From positions 3,584,001-3,648,000 of the forward strand of contig OZ252244.1 in the NCBI GenBank assembly GCA_965249575.1: a stretch of DNA of 64,000 nt, read 5' to 3'. Each line of letters opens with the position of its first letter. The stretch's first letter is position 1. Position numbers and translations under genes: made by a program. Below the pieces are notes generated by a model, which made no database searches, was not told the origin of the DNA, and saw only the letters and a list, made by a program, of their open reading frames with translations. The stretch comes from Gemmatimonadales bacterium (GTDB taxonomy: Bacteria; Gemmatimonadota; Gemmatimonadetes; Gemmatimonadales; GWC2-71-9). Shown here piece by piece: positions 28,572 to 38,212 of this stretch.

Positions 28572-30745
28572 AAATTCAAACGCACGAAGAACTGAAAGCC
28601 AAAATCTGGGAAATCGCCAACCGGCTCAGGGGGCCGTACCGGCCTCCTCAATACCGCCTGGTCATGCTTCCAATGGTCGTTTTGCGTCGGCTCGATTGCG
28701 TGCTGGAGCCGACCAAGGATGCCGTTCTGAAGCAGCTTGATGAGCTGGAGGCGCAACAGATGCCCGAAGCGGCAATGGATCGCCTGCTCGGAAAGGCCGC
28801 CGACCCGAACCGGAAGCATCCGCTCTATAACACGAGCCCCTACACCTTTGCCCGGTTGCTCGGGGATGCCGAGAACATCGCGCCGAACCTCGTGTCATAC
28901 ATCAACGGCTTTTCCCACACCGCTCGGCGCATCTTCGAGCACTTCAAGTTCGCAGATCAGATCGAGAAGCTCGACGCCAGCAACCGCCTCTTCACAGTCG
29001 TTAAGGCAATGGCCGATGTCGATCTTCACCCTGACAGGATCGACAACCTTCAGATGGGTTATCTGTTCGAGCATCTGGTGATGCGCTTCAACGAACAGGC
29101 CAACGAGGAAGCCGGGGATCACTTCACGCCGCGTGAGGTCATTCGGCTCATGGCGAACCTCATCTACACTGGCGAGCAGGATGTCTATAAGCCCGGCATC
29201 TACCGCACGATCTACGATCCGGCGTGCGGAACGGGCGGAATGCTTTCCGAGTCCGAGAAGCTGATCCTCTCGCAGAACGAGCGGGCCGAGCTCGCGCTCT
29301 TCGGCCAGGAGTACAACGACGAGTCCTGGGCAATCTGCTGCTCTGACATGCTCATCAAGGACGAGGACACGGCCAACATCATCCTCGGGGACACCCTGGG
29401 AGACGGCAAGACAAGAGACGGCTTCGAGGGGAGACGCTTCCACTACCTCATGGCCAACCCACCTTTCGGCGTCGAATGGAGGGACCAGAAGCAGATGGTC
29501 GAGCGCGAGCACAAGACCGTGGGCCTTTGGGGCCGGTTCGGCGCCGGGCTTCCGGCCATCAATGACGGCTCGCTCCTCTTCCTTCAGCACATGATTTCCA
29601 AGATGCATCCCTATGAGGAGAGGGACGAGGACCAGCCCGGTTCGAAGATCGCCATCGTCTTCAACGGCTCGCCGCTCTTCTCCGGCGACGCGGGTTCGGG
29701 GCCGTCCAACATCCGCCGCTGGATCATCGAGAACGACTGGCTCGATGCCATTGTGGCGCTGCCGGATCAACTTTTCTACAACACCGGCATCTTCACCTAT
29801 GTCTGGCTCGTGACGAACCGCAAGCCTTCGGAGCGGCGCGGCAAGGTGCACCTCATCGACGGCACCCGATTCTTCGAGAAGATGAAGAAGAGCCTCAACA
29901 ACAAGCGCAACGAGATCACCGAAGACCAGATCCGCCGCCTGACCCGGGTATACGGCAACTGCCAGGACGGCGAGACGGCCGAGGTCCAGATCAACGGCGA
30001 GACTGAGACCCGCGCCATCTCCCGCATCTTCGAGAACCGGGAGTTCGGGTTTCTCAAGGTGACGGTCGAACGGCCCGTACGCATGGACTTCGAGGCGGCG
30101 CCGGAGCGCATCGCCAAGCTCGACAACCAGACCGCCTTCACGAATCTGGCGACATCGAAGAAGCGGAAGGACGCAGCGGCAGCAAAGTGCGAGATCGAGG
30201 AAGGGCGGAAGCAGCAGGAGGCCATCCGCGCCGTGCTCGCGACGCTCGAAGGCAACGGGTGCTACCTGGACCGCGCGGAATTCGAGGCCGATGTGATGAA
30301 GGCCGCGAAGCGAACCGGCCTCAAGATCCCCGCACCGATCAAGAAGGCGATGTTCGCGGCCCTTGGCGAGCGGGACCCGGACGCCGAGATTTGCCGAGAC
30401 AGCAAGGGGCGACCGGAGCCTGACAGCGAACTCCGGGACACCGAAAACATTCCGTTGCCGCCTGATACCACGATGCCTCTGCCCATGGAGTTCGGGCCGA
30501 ACAAGCCCAATAGCAGGCTGGTTGAAACCTTTCGGGACGACATCGACGCCTACATTGCGCGCGAGGTGCTGCCGCATGTGCCAGATGCCTGGGTGGACTA
30601 TGACAAGACCAAGGTCGGCTACGAAATCCCGATCAACCGGCATTTCTACGTCTACAAGCCGCCGCGCCCGCTCGACCAGATCGAGGCGGACATCACTAGG
30701 CTCGAAGGGGAGATCGCCGGCCTGTTAAAGAAGCTGGTGGCATGA
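28568..30745 (+). CDS. hsdM: Type I R-M methyltransferase subunit
   Basis: IWEIANRLRG, GDHFTPREV, YDPACGTGGML and NPPF (m6A motif IV). Confidence 0.96.
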   Translation: MKIQTHEELKAKIWEIANRLRGPYRPPQYRLVMLPMVVLRRLDCVLEPTKDAVLKQLDELEAQQMPEAAMDRLLGKAADPNRKHPLYNTSPYTFARLLGDAENIAPNLVSYINGFSHTARRIFEHFKFADQIEKLDASNRLFTVVKAMADVDLHPDRIDNLQMGYLFEHLVMRFNEQANEEAGDHFTPREVIRLMANLIYTGEQDVYKPGIYRTIYDPACGTGGMLSESEKLILSQNERAELALFGQEYNDESWAICCSDMLIKDEDTANIILGDTLGDGKTRDGFEGRRFHYLMANPPFGVEWRDQKQMVEREHKTVGLWGRFGAGLPAINDGSLLFLQHMISKMHPYEERDEDQPGSKIAIVFNGSPLFSGDAGSGPSNIRRWIIENDWLDAIVALPDQLFYNTGIFTYVWLVTNRKPSERRGKVHLIDGTRFFEKMKKSLNNKRNEITEDQIRRLTRVYGNCQDGETAEVQINGETETRAISRIFENREFGFLKVTVERPVRMDFEAAPERIAKLDNQTAFTNLATSKKRKDAAAAKCEIEEGRKQQEAIRAVLATLEGNGCYLDRAEFEADVMKAAKRTGLKIPAPIKKAMFAALGERDPDAEICRDSKGRPEPDSELRDTENIPLPPDTTMPLPMEFGPNKPNSRLVETFRDDIDAYIAREVLPHVPDAWVDYDKTKVGYEIPINRHFYVYKPPRPLDQIEADITRLEGEIAGLLKKLVA

Positions 30746-32019
30746 GTTATTTCGCGCGCAGTGATGAACTGCCTGAATGGACGGCACAGATCCCGGAAGG
30801 TTGGGATAGCAACTGGCTGAAGTGGTCGGTTGATCTATCTGCGAAGCGCCCAACCAAAGAGGAGCAAGAGGCGCTTCCATACATCTCCAACGAGGATATC
30901 GCGTCTTGGACGGGGGAACTTCTGATCGAGGAGCCGGAACCAGCTGAGGCGGACAGCCGGCGGTTTCAGGAAAACGATGTTCTCTTCAACAAGCTTCGCC
31001 CGTACCTTGCCAAGGTCTACCACGCCACATTCGACGGAGTGAGCTCAGGAGAGCTGCTTTGCTTGCGGCCGTCGCATGCGGTTGAGCCGCGCTTCCTATT
31101 TTACGTCCTCGTGTCCAAAGGCTTCATCGACATAATCAACGCGGAGACTTTCGGGGCCAAGATGCCCCGTGCGGATTGGGAGATTGTAGGCCATCAACCA
31201 CTACCCCTGCCCCCGCTTGACACGCAGCGACGGATTGCGCGGTTTCTGGATGAGAAGACCGCGCGGATCGACGGGCTGATCGAGAAGAAGCGGGAACTTC
31301 TCGACCGCCTGGCTGAGAAACGCCAAGCTCTCATCACCCGCGCCGTCACCAAGGGCCTCAACCCCCACGCCCCGATGAGATGCTCCGGCATCGACTGGCT
31401 CGGTCACATCCCCGCACATTGGGAGGTGCTTCCGTTGAAGCGCGTCTTAGCCAGTTCCACGTACGGGATTTCAGCTTCCCTGGAGCCTTCTGGAGAGATT
31501 GCTGTGCTACGCATGGGAAATCTTATCGACGGAGAAATCGATTTCGGCGATCTGCGCTTCCTTGATGGAATAGATGAAGATTTTCTGCTTGACCAGAATG
31601 ATGTCATCTTCAATCGTACGAATAGCCTCGACTTAGTTGGCAAGACTTCAATTTTCCGTGGGAGCCCAGGCTTTCCGGTTTCATTGGCCTCTTATCTTGT
31701 CCGCTTCCGGTTCACCAAGCGCTTCAACCCGGAATACGCCAATTACGTCATGGGGACACGGGTGCTCATGGCGCTTGGACGCACTCTCGCTTTGCCAAGC
31801 ATTGGCCAAGCTAACCTTAATCCTGCACGGTATGCTCTGATCAAATTTCCTATACCTCCAAAGGACGAGCAGTCGGAAATTGTCCCGCATCTAGTGGCCG
31901 AAACAAATGAAATTAGCCAAATCGCAGGACAGGTACACCAATCCATCGAGCCCTTGGCGGAGTACCGCTCGGCATTGATCACAGCTGGCGTCACAGGGCA
32001 ACTCGCGGAACTGCAATGA
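30742..32019 (+). CDS. hsdS: Type I R-M specificity subunit
   Basis: Two TRDs with conserved PPLDTQRRIARFLD...RQALITRAVTKGL and YRSALITAGVTG spacers. Confidence 0.95.
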   Translation: MSYFARSDELPEWTAQIPEGWDSNWLKWSVDLSAKRPTKEEQEALPYISNEDIASWTGELLIEEPEPAEADSRRFQENDVLFNKLRPYLAKVYHATFDGVSSGELLCLRPSHAVEPRFLFYVLVSKGFIDIINAETFGAKMPRADWEIVGHQPLPLPPLDTQRRIARFLDEKTARIDGLIEKKRELLDRLAEKRQALITRAVTKGLNPHAPMRCSGIDWLGHIPAHWEVLPLKRVLASSTYGISASLEPSGEIAVLRMGNLIDGEIDFGDLRFLDGIDEDFLLDQNDVIFNRTNSLDLVGKTSIFRGSPGFPVSLASYLVRFRFTKRFNPEYANYVMGTRVLMALGRTLALPSIGQANLNPARYALIKFPIPPKDEQSEIVPHLVAETNEISQIAGQVHQSIEPLAEYRSALITAGVTGQLAELQ

Positions 32020-32090
32020 CCCTCGATGCCGCGACAAATTTCGGGCTTTACAGCACCCGCCACAGCATTTCCGCATGGGGGTTGTGAACC

Positions 32091-35000
32091 ATGTCCGGCC
32101 ACACCGAACGCGATTTCGAGACGGCGATTGAAGCCGGGCTCACTGGCTCCGGAGGGTTCGAGAAGCGGAGCCCAAACGCCTTTGACGAAGCGCTCGCCCT
32201 CTTCCCCGACGATGTTTCCGGCTTTCTGAAGAACAGCCAACCCGCAAAATGGGAGGCGCTGGAGGCGCTTCTCGGACCGAAGACCGCCACAACGGTGCTA
32301 GACAACCTGTCGAAGGAGCTGGAGCTCAAGGGCACACTCCACGTCCTGCGTCATGGATTCGAGTGCTACGGCAAGACGTTTCGCATGGCCTATTTCCGGG
32401 CGAACACCAGTATGAACCCCGAGGCGGCCGAGAACTATGCCCGGAACCGGCTGACGATTACGCGCCAGGTCGCCTTCACCTCGGTCCTGAAGAAAGCGGA
32501 CGGCAAGAATCGCCGCTGCATCATCGACGTGACCCTGGCGGTCAACGGCATTCCCGTCGTCACCGCTGAGCTGAAGAACCCGCTGACCGGACAGCGCGCC
32601 CCCGATGCGATGCGCCAGTACGAGAACGAGCGGGACGAGCGCGATCTTCTCTTCGCTTTCAAGAAGCGCACGCTTGTCAACTTCGCGGTGGACCCGGACG
32701 AGGTGTGGATGACGACCCGGCTGAGGGGCAAGGAGACCGACTTCCTGCCCTTCAACCGCGGCAACAACCACGGGGCAGGCAACCGGCCGGTGGAGGGGAA
32801 CTGGAAGAGCCATTACCTGTGGGACGAGGTGCTACAGGCCGACAGCCTGTTGGAAATTCTGCAACGCTTCATGCACCTCGAAGTGAAGGAGAAGCAGCTC
32901 AGAACCGAAAAGGGCGTGCGCACCGTGCGAAAGGAGACGATGATCTTTCCGCGCTACCACCAGCTCGACGCGGTTCGGAAACTCGTCGCGCACGCCAGGG
33001 TCAACGGCGCGGGCCGGAACTACCTGATCCAGCATTCGGCCGGTTCCGGCAAATCGAACTCGATTGCATGGCTCGCGCACCGGCTGTCCAGCCTGCATGA
33101 CGAGCGCGACGAAAAGGTGTTTCACTCCGTCGTCGTCGTGACCGACCGGCGCGTGCTCGATCAGCAGTTGCAGGCGACGATCTACCAGTTCGAGCACAAG
33201 ACTGGCGTGGTCGAGAAGATTGACGAGGACACCCAACAGCTTGCACGAGCGCTGTCCCAGGGTACGCCCATTGTTATCACGACCATCCAGAAGTTTCCCT
33301 TCATCTCGCAGGCGCTCTCGACTCTTGAGAAGAGAGGCTCCGATGTGAAGATCGACACGGCGGGAAAGCGGTTCGCCGTCATCGTGGATGAGGCGCACTC
33401 GTCCCAGAGCGGAGAGACTGCGACCACTCTTAGGGGCATGCTGAACAAGGCAGGGATAGAAGCGGCCATTGCCGCCCAGCTATCCGACGAAGAGGACGAT
33501 GATCTCTCCGATGACGCGAAGGCGGCGGTTCTGCGCGATGCGCTGCAACGCACCCGGCAGCCGAATCTTAGTTTCTTTGCCTTCACGGCCACCCCGAAAT
33601 TTAAGACGAAGGCCCTGTTCGACGAAACTGGCCCGTCGGGCGCTTCGCCCTTCCATGAGTAGACCATGCGGCAAGCCATCGAGGAAGGGTTCGTCATGGA
33701 TGTGCTTCAGAACTACACCACCTACAAACGCTTCTTCGGCCTGATCAAACAGATCGAAGACGATCCGGATGTGCCGCGCAGGAAAGCCGCGAAGGTCCTT
33801 ACGCGCTACCTGGAGCTTCATCCCGTCAACATCGAGCAGGTGGTCTCCGTCATCGTGGAGCATTTTCGGCTCTATGTGATGCACGAACTCGGCGGGCGCG
33901 CGAAGGCCATGGTTGTCACAGGCTCCCGCCTTGCCGCCGTGAAATACAAGCTTGCTTTTGATCGCTACATCAAGGAGAGGGGCTATACCGGCATCCGTTC
34001 GCTGGTGGCTTTCTCGGGTCGAGGACCCGGACGACCCTGGCTCGTCCTACACCGAGGTGGCGATGAATGATGGTCTTGTCGAAAGCGAACTCCCCGAGAC
34101 CTTCGGGCGCGACGACTACCGAGTTCTTCTCGTCGCAGAGAAGTATCAGACCGGCTTCGATCAGCCCTTGTTGCAGACAATGTATGTAGTGAAGCGCCTG
34201 GCCGGTGTTCAGGCGGTTCAGACCCTCTCAAGGCTCAACCGCATCGCACCCGGGAAATCGCGCACCTTCGTCCTCGATTTCGCCAACGAGGAAGATGACA
34301 TCTACAAGGCGTTCAAACCCTACTACGAGGCGACGCCTGTCGGAGAGAATGCCGGTCCGCATCGCCTGTCGGAGCTGCAACACCGCCTGCTTGAATGGGC
34401 GATCTTCACGCCGGCCGATGTGACCAAGTTCGCCGAAGTTTGGTATCGCACCAAGCGCGACCACTCGGCGACCGATCATCACCTGATGAACGCCGTCCTC
34501 GATCCTGTCGTTCAGCGCTTCCAGGATCGCGAGGAGGATGAGCAAGAGGAGTTTCGGGGGCAGTTGACGGCCTATCGAAACCTCTACGCCTTCCTGTCAC
34601 AGATCATCCCCTATCAGGACACCGATCTTGAGCGCCTTTACGCCTTCGTGAGGAATCTGCTGGCGAAACTCCCGCCGCCGGGCGATGGCCAAGCCTTCGT
34701 TCTGGACGATGAGGTGGCGCTGCAGTTCTTCCGGATTCAGCAGATATTTGAGGGCTCTATCGACCTCTTGGAGGGCGAGGCCGATCCCCTGAAGGGGCCG
34801 ACCAATGTCGGCACGGGCCGTGCCAAGGACGAGGAGGTGACGCTTTCGAGCTTGATTGATCGCCTCAATGAGCGTTTCGGCATCGACTTCACCGAGGCGG
34901 ATCAGTTGTTCTTTGACCAGATACGGGCTTCGGCGGAGAACAACGAGGACATTGCAGAGGCGGCTCGCGCCAACAGCTTCAAAGATTTCGCCTCTTATCT

Positions 35001-35157
35001 GGATCGCATGTTAGACGACTTATTCATCGCGCGAATGGAAGGCAATGAAAAGATCTTCTCCAGGGTGATGACGGACACCGAGTTTCGGTCGGCTGCACAC
35101 GAACATCTTGCCGAAGAGATCTTTCGTCGGGTTCGCGAGCAGCAAGACGCGGAATGA
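32091..35157 (+). pseudogene. hsdR: Type I R-M restriction subunit, inactivated
   Basis: ELKN nuclease motif, HSAGSGKS, DEAH, FTATP, KYQTGFD and QTLSRLNR; in-frame TAG at 33660-33662 and a frameshift at ~34017. Confidence 0.93.
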
Positions 35158-35280
35158 TTGTTGTCTAGCGAGTCGCAGATCCGTTCAATCTCTACTCCGT
35201 AGACGAAAACGTGCGATCCGAGTCTCAGGCCCAAGAGGTGACATTGAAGGGTCCACTGCATTTCGGGAGGGTTCCATATG

Positions 35281-35314
35281 GGAAATCCCGGCTAAAACAC
35301 TCTCCGGGATTTCC
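35281..35314. repeat. Perfect 11-bp inverted repeat (hairpin)
   Basis: GGAAATCCCGG-N12-CCGGGATTTCC. Confidence 0.75.
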
Positions 35315-35459
35315 GGGGCGGTTCAGTGCTTACACCGCCTTCACGTTTAACCCCGGATGCCTTATGGTATGAGGAAGACAGCGTCCTATTACTGCAGGCA
35401 AATAGACAACAATGCCCACCAAGCCAAGGAAGATCGAAACCATCCCCTCCTCCCTCTCT

Positions 35460-35933
35460 CCGGAGTTGGCCCAACAGCTGCGGCCCGCCTCATCAACGCC
35501 CGGGCGGAAACCGTACATACGAAGCCGTCATTCGGGGTCGCATTCCGCTCACGCCGGTGCCTGGTCCCGGCCAACGGGTGGTTCGAGCGGCAACGGCTCG
35601 GGGGTGGGAAGCAGCCCTACTACCTGGCGCTCGCCGACGGCTCACCGCTGTCGTTCGCTGCTCTTTGGGAGCGCTGGGGCGGGGAAGGTGAGTCCGTGGA
35701 GTCCTTCACCATCATCACGACGACGGCCGCGCCGCAGCTAGCCGACATCCACCACCGGCAGCCTGCGATCATCAGCTCCGAGCGGTTCGACGATTGGCTC
35801 GACCCGACATCGCCGGTACCGAGGCTCCTTGAGCTGCTGCGCGAACCCTGTATCGCCCGTACGAGAGGCGCGCCGTCAGCACGAGGGTGAACAACGTCCA
35901 GAACGACGACTCGGATATCCTGGTCGCGGCCTG
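35460..35933 (+). pseudogene. SOS response-associated peptidase (SRAP/YedK) fragment
   Basis: LINARAET, RRCLVPANGWFE, KQPYY, FTIITT and IHHRQPAI; the N-terminal MCGR catalytic end is missing; a frameshift near 35850 separates VSTRVNNVQND. Confidence 0.88.
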
Positions 35934-36162
35934 AGAGGGGGCGGAAATGTGCTTGACAACGCTTCCGCCTCGATTTTGCTGGATCGGAAAAAGCGAAATC
36001 GGCGACAATCGGGTTTCCGCTTTTTCGCCAGGGTCCGAATTCCATAAATCACTGTAATATAGGGGTTTATTCTCCAGAGCCAAACGGTGAGTGGTTATGA
36101 AGAGGGTTGCGCAAGGGGAGCCATTTTTTCGGGCGCCAACTTAGGCGACTCGTTAGTTAACG

Positions 36163-36196
36163 CGAAGCCCCGGAGGGTCACCCCTTCGGGGCTTCG
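36163..36196. terminator. Strong 15-bp stem-loop (terminator-like or element-boundary hairpin)
   Basis: CGAAGCCCCGGAGGG-TCAC-CCCTTCGGGGCTTCG with one G:U pair; no immediate U-tract. Confidence 0.55.
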
Positions 36197-36356
36197 TCGT
36201 ATCTGCTACTTTTTCAAGGAATTACGCCCGTTCGCAAATTCAACGTGGGGACCGCACGGCCTTCGATCAGGCGGTGGCGGACGCCTTCAACTTGATGGCA
36301 GAACCGGACACTGAATCCGGGCTGCATCAAACGACGCGGATCGGCGTCCACTCGCC

Positions 36357-36545
36357 TTATGCAGGCTTCCGTTTTCCCTTCTTTCTTTGATGATGCCACT
36401 CGAGTCGGATGACTTCGATCACGTCGTCGATGGTCTTGTGAGTCGAACGGACGAGCCGCACCTCCCGTTTGGCGCCCACACGCAATCTCCGCACGTCGCG
36501 CGCCGAAGGAGTGCTGGCAGACCGGAAGTTGGCCTTCATTGTCAT
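36357..36545 (-). CDS. Small basic hypothetical protein
   Basis: ORF MTMKANFRS...KKGKRKPA; no recognised motif. Confidence 0.3.
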   Translation of the reverse strand: MTMKANFRSASTPSARDVRRLRVGAKREVRLVRSTHKTIDDVIEVIRLEWHHQRKKGKRKPA

Positions 36546-36720
36546 TGGCGGAAGACGTCGCGCTGGTCGGGCGCCGCAAACTTCGCCTCCGCCGGCCTCT
36601 CGACGGCACTCTGTGCTGGTTCCGGGTCGCCCACTTGCTCGCTCCCAGCGACGACGGGGATAAAGGGTCTTGCTCATTGATAAGCGGCGTTATAATAGAA
36701 CAGTAAAGAGGGGTGGCATC

Positions 36721-37680
36721 ATGAAAAAACTCTTGCTCGTGCTCATGGTGAGCGCTCTGGTGATCTCCTCCGGCCCGGTGTTGGCCCAGGACGGCTGGTA
36801 CATGGGGATGGAACTAGGGGTTGCGGTGGCGCCGGGAATGGACGTAAAGACCGGGGGGTTGGATGATTGGGTATCGAGTGCGGATGAGGCGCATTCAGCG
36901 ATCCGATGCGACAAGACCATAAACCCGGACGGTTTTCAGGTAGAAAAAGGAGCGTGTGGCAATGCCCCTTCGGCTTGGGGGCCCATGGACGAGTCGTTCG
37001 ATGGCGGCAGGGGGATCCTGGCTGGGTTGGCCTTGGGATATCGCAGGGGAAACTTCAGGGTCGAGGGCGAATATTTCTATCGCAGCGCAACCCATGACGG
37101 CACGGATGTCCCCTATGATTCCGCAGCAAATTATGACCCCGGCGCGGATCCGGGATTCCAGACCGTCATGGATGGAGTCGATGCCGTGCTGTCGCACAAC
37201 GTTTTTGCCAACTTGCACTACGACTTTCGCTCCGATTCGAAGTTTACGCCGTCTCTGGGGATTGGAGTCGGCTTTGCGAAAGTCTCGCTTGCGTACCGGA
37301 CCTTCTGGCGCCGGACGAATGACCCCGAGAACGTCACGGTATTCGATACTGAGGGGGTGATTGGTGACGAGCTGGCGAAGGCCCAGGCGTTAAACCGGGA
37401 AATTGCCGGCACGATCACCGCGGACAGAGCGAAATTGTCGGATCTGCTGCTCGGCTACCAGGCGGTGGCGGGCCTGGATTATCAGGTCAGCGATCGGGTC
37501 ACCATCGGGCTCAAGTTCCGATGGGCGAGTTTCGGCGAATTCGATGACGAGTCGGCATATGATTCTCTCCGCGATCATGCGTCGGTGGCCGGTAACCCGC
37601 CGGTCCCCGTTACCTACTATGTCAAGACGGATGACATTCAGTTCTGGGGAATCAGCCTCAACATGAAGTATCACTTCTGA
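36721..37680 (+). CDS. Outer-membrane beta-barrel protein (opacity/OmpA-TM/Msp2-like, long loops)
   Basis: Signal peptide MKKLLLVL...AQ, GWYMG, FRVEGEYFYR, FANLHYDF and GYQAVAGLDYQV motifs; terminal YHF. Confidence 0.85.
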   Translation: MKKLLLVLMVSALVISSGPVLAQDGWYMGMELGVAVAPGMDVKTGGLDDWVSSADEAHSAIRCDKTINPDGFQVEKGACGNAPSAWGPMDESFDGGRGILAGLALGYRRGNFRVEGEYFYRSATHDGTDVPYDSAANYDPGADPGFQTVMDGVDAVLSHNVFANLHYDFRSDSKFTPSLGIGVGFAKVSLAYRTFWRRTNDPENVTVFDTEGVIGDELAKAQALNREIAGTITADRAKLSDLLLGYQAVAGLDYQVSDRVTIGLKFRWASFGEFDDESAYDSLRDHASVAGNPPVPVTYYVKTDDIQFWGISLNMKYHF

Positions 37681-38212
37681 CCGGCAGCTAATGGAGTCAT
37701 CAGGGTCCGAGAGTCTGTCAGATCGGTGTCTCGCGGGGGAAGAGTGATTGGTCACGCCTCCCCCGCAACGAAAATCTCCCTATCGCCGGACCGAGCAGGT
37801 TTCGGCACGTGGAGCGACGAAAGGATGCCAACTGCAGTAAGATATTAGGCAGGCCCGAGTCGAAGGCTGCTGGCACGGCCCGACTGGCGAGCAGTAGAGA
37901 CTAAATATCGGCGGGAGAGGCGAACATGGCTGACGGCACATCCCACTTCGGCGCGGTCCATACGAATAACAGCCAAAGCTCCAAATACTCGGCGCCATGT
38001 CGAGCCGGCGCAGGCGGAAAGGCGATTGCCAGGAGAACTATTTCACGGCCGAAAATCATCGGCGCAATCTCGCCGCCGCCCATTCGCTCATTCGAGACCT
38101 TCCGGCCAGGGTCGAGACTCGATGCCTCAGTATCGGTCCTGATCCATCAGGGTGGAGTAAATACCTGGTTCCGACAATTATGATGTACTGAAACGTCGAA
38201 GGGAACCTTTTT

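Noticed and set aside
33660..33662. Amber recoding (pyrrolysine or readthrough) in hsdR and the TonB receptor (48041)
   Set aside because: TAG is a normal stop in core genes here (rseP, pnp, hisS, guaA), hsdR also has a frameshift, and no pyl genes are seen
35211..35460. Group II intron 5' end (GTGCG at 35211)
   Set aside because: No domain V/VI motif or RT ORF recognised; a 5-mer match is expected by chance
36140..36162. dif/Xer site (TTAGTTAA resembles a XerD arm)
   Set aside because: It does not fit the 11-6-11 consensus and has no XerC-like arm
37700..38200. Short ORFs between the barrel gene and the autotransporter
   Set aside because: No recognisable motif in any frame; possibly a decayed gene but unsupported
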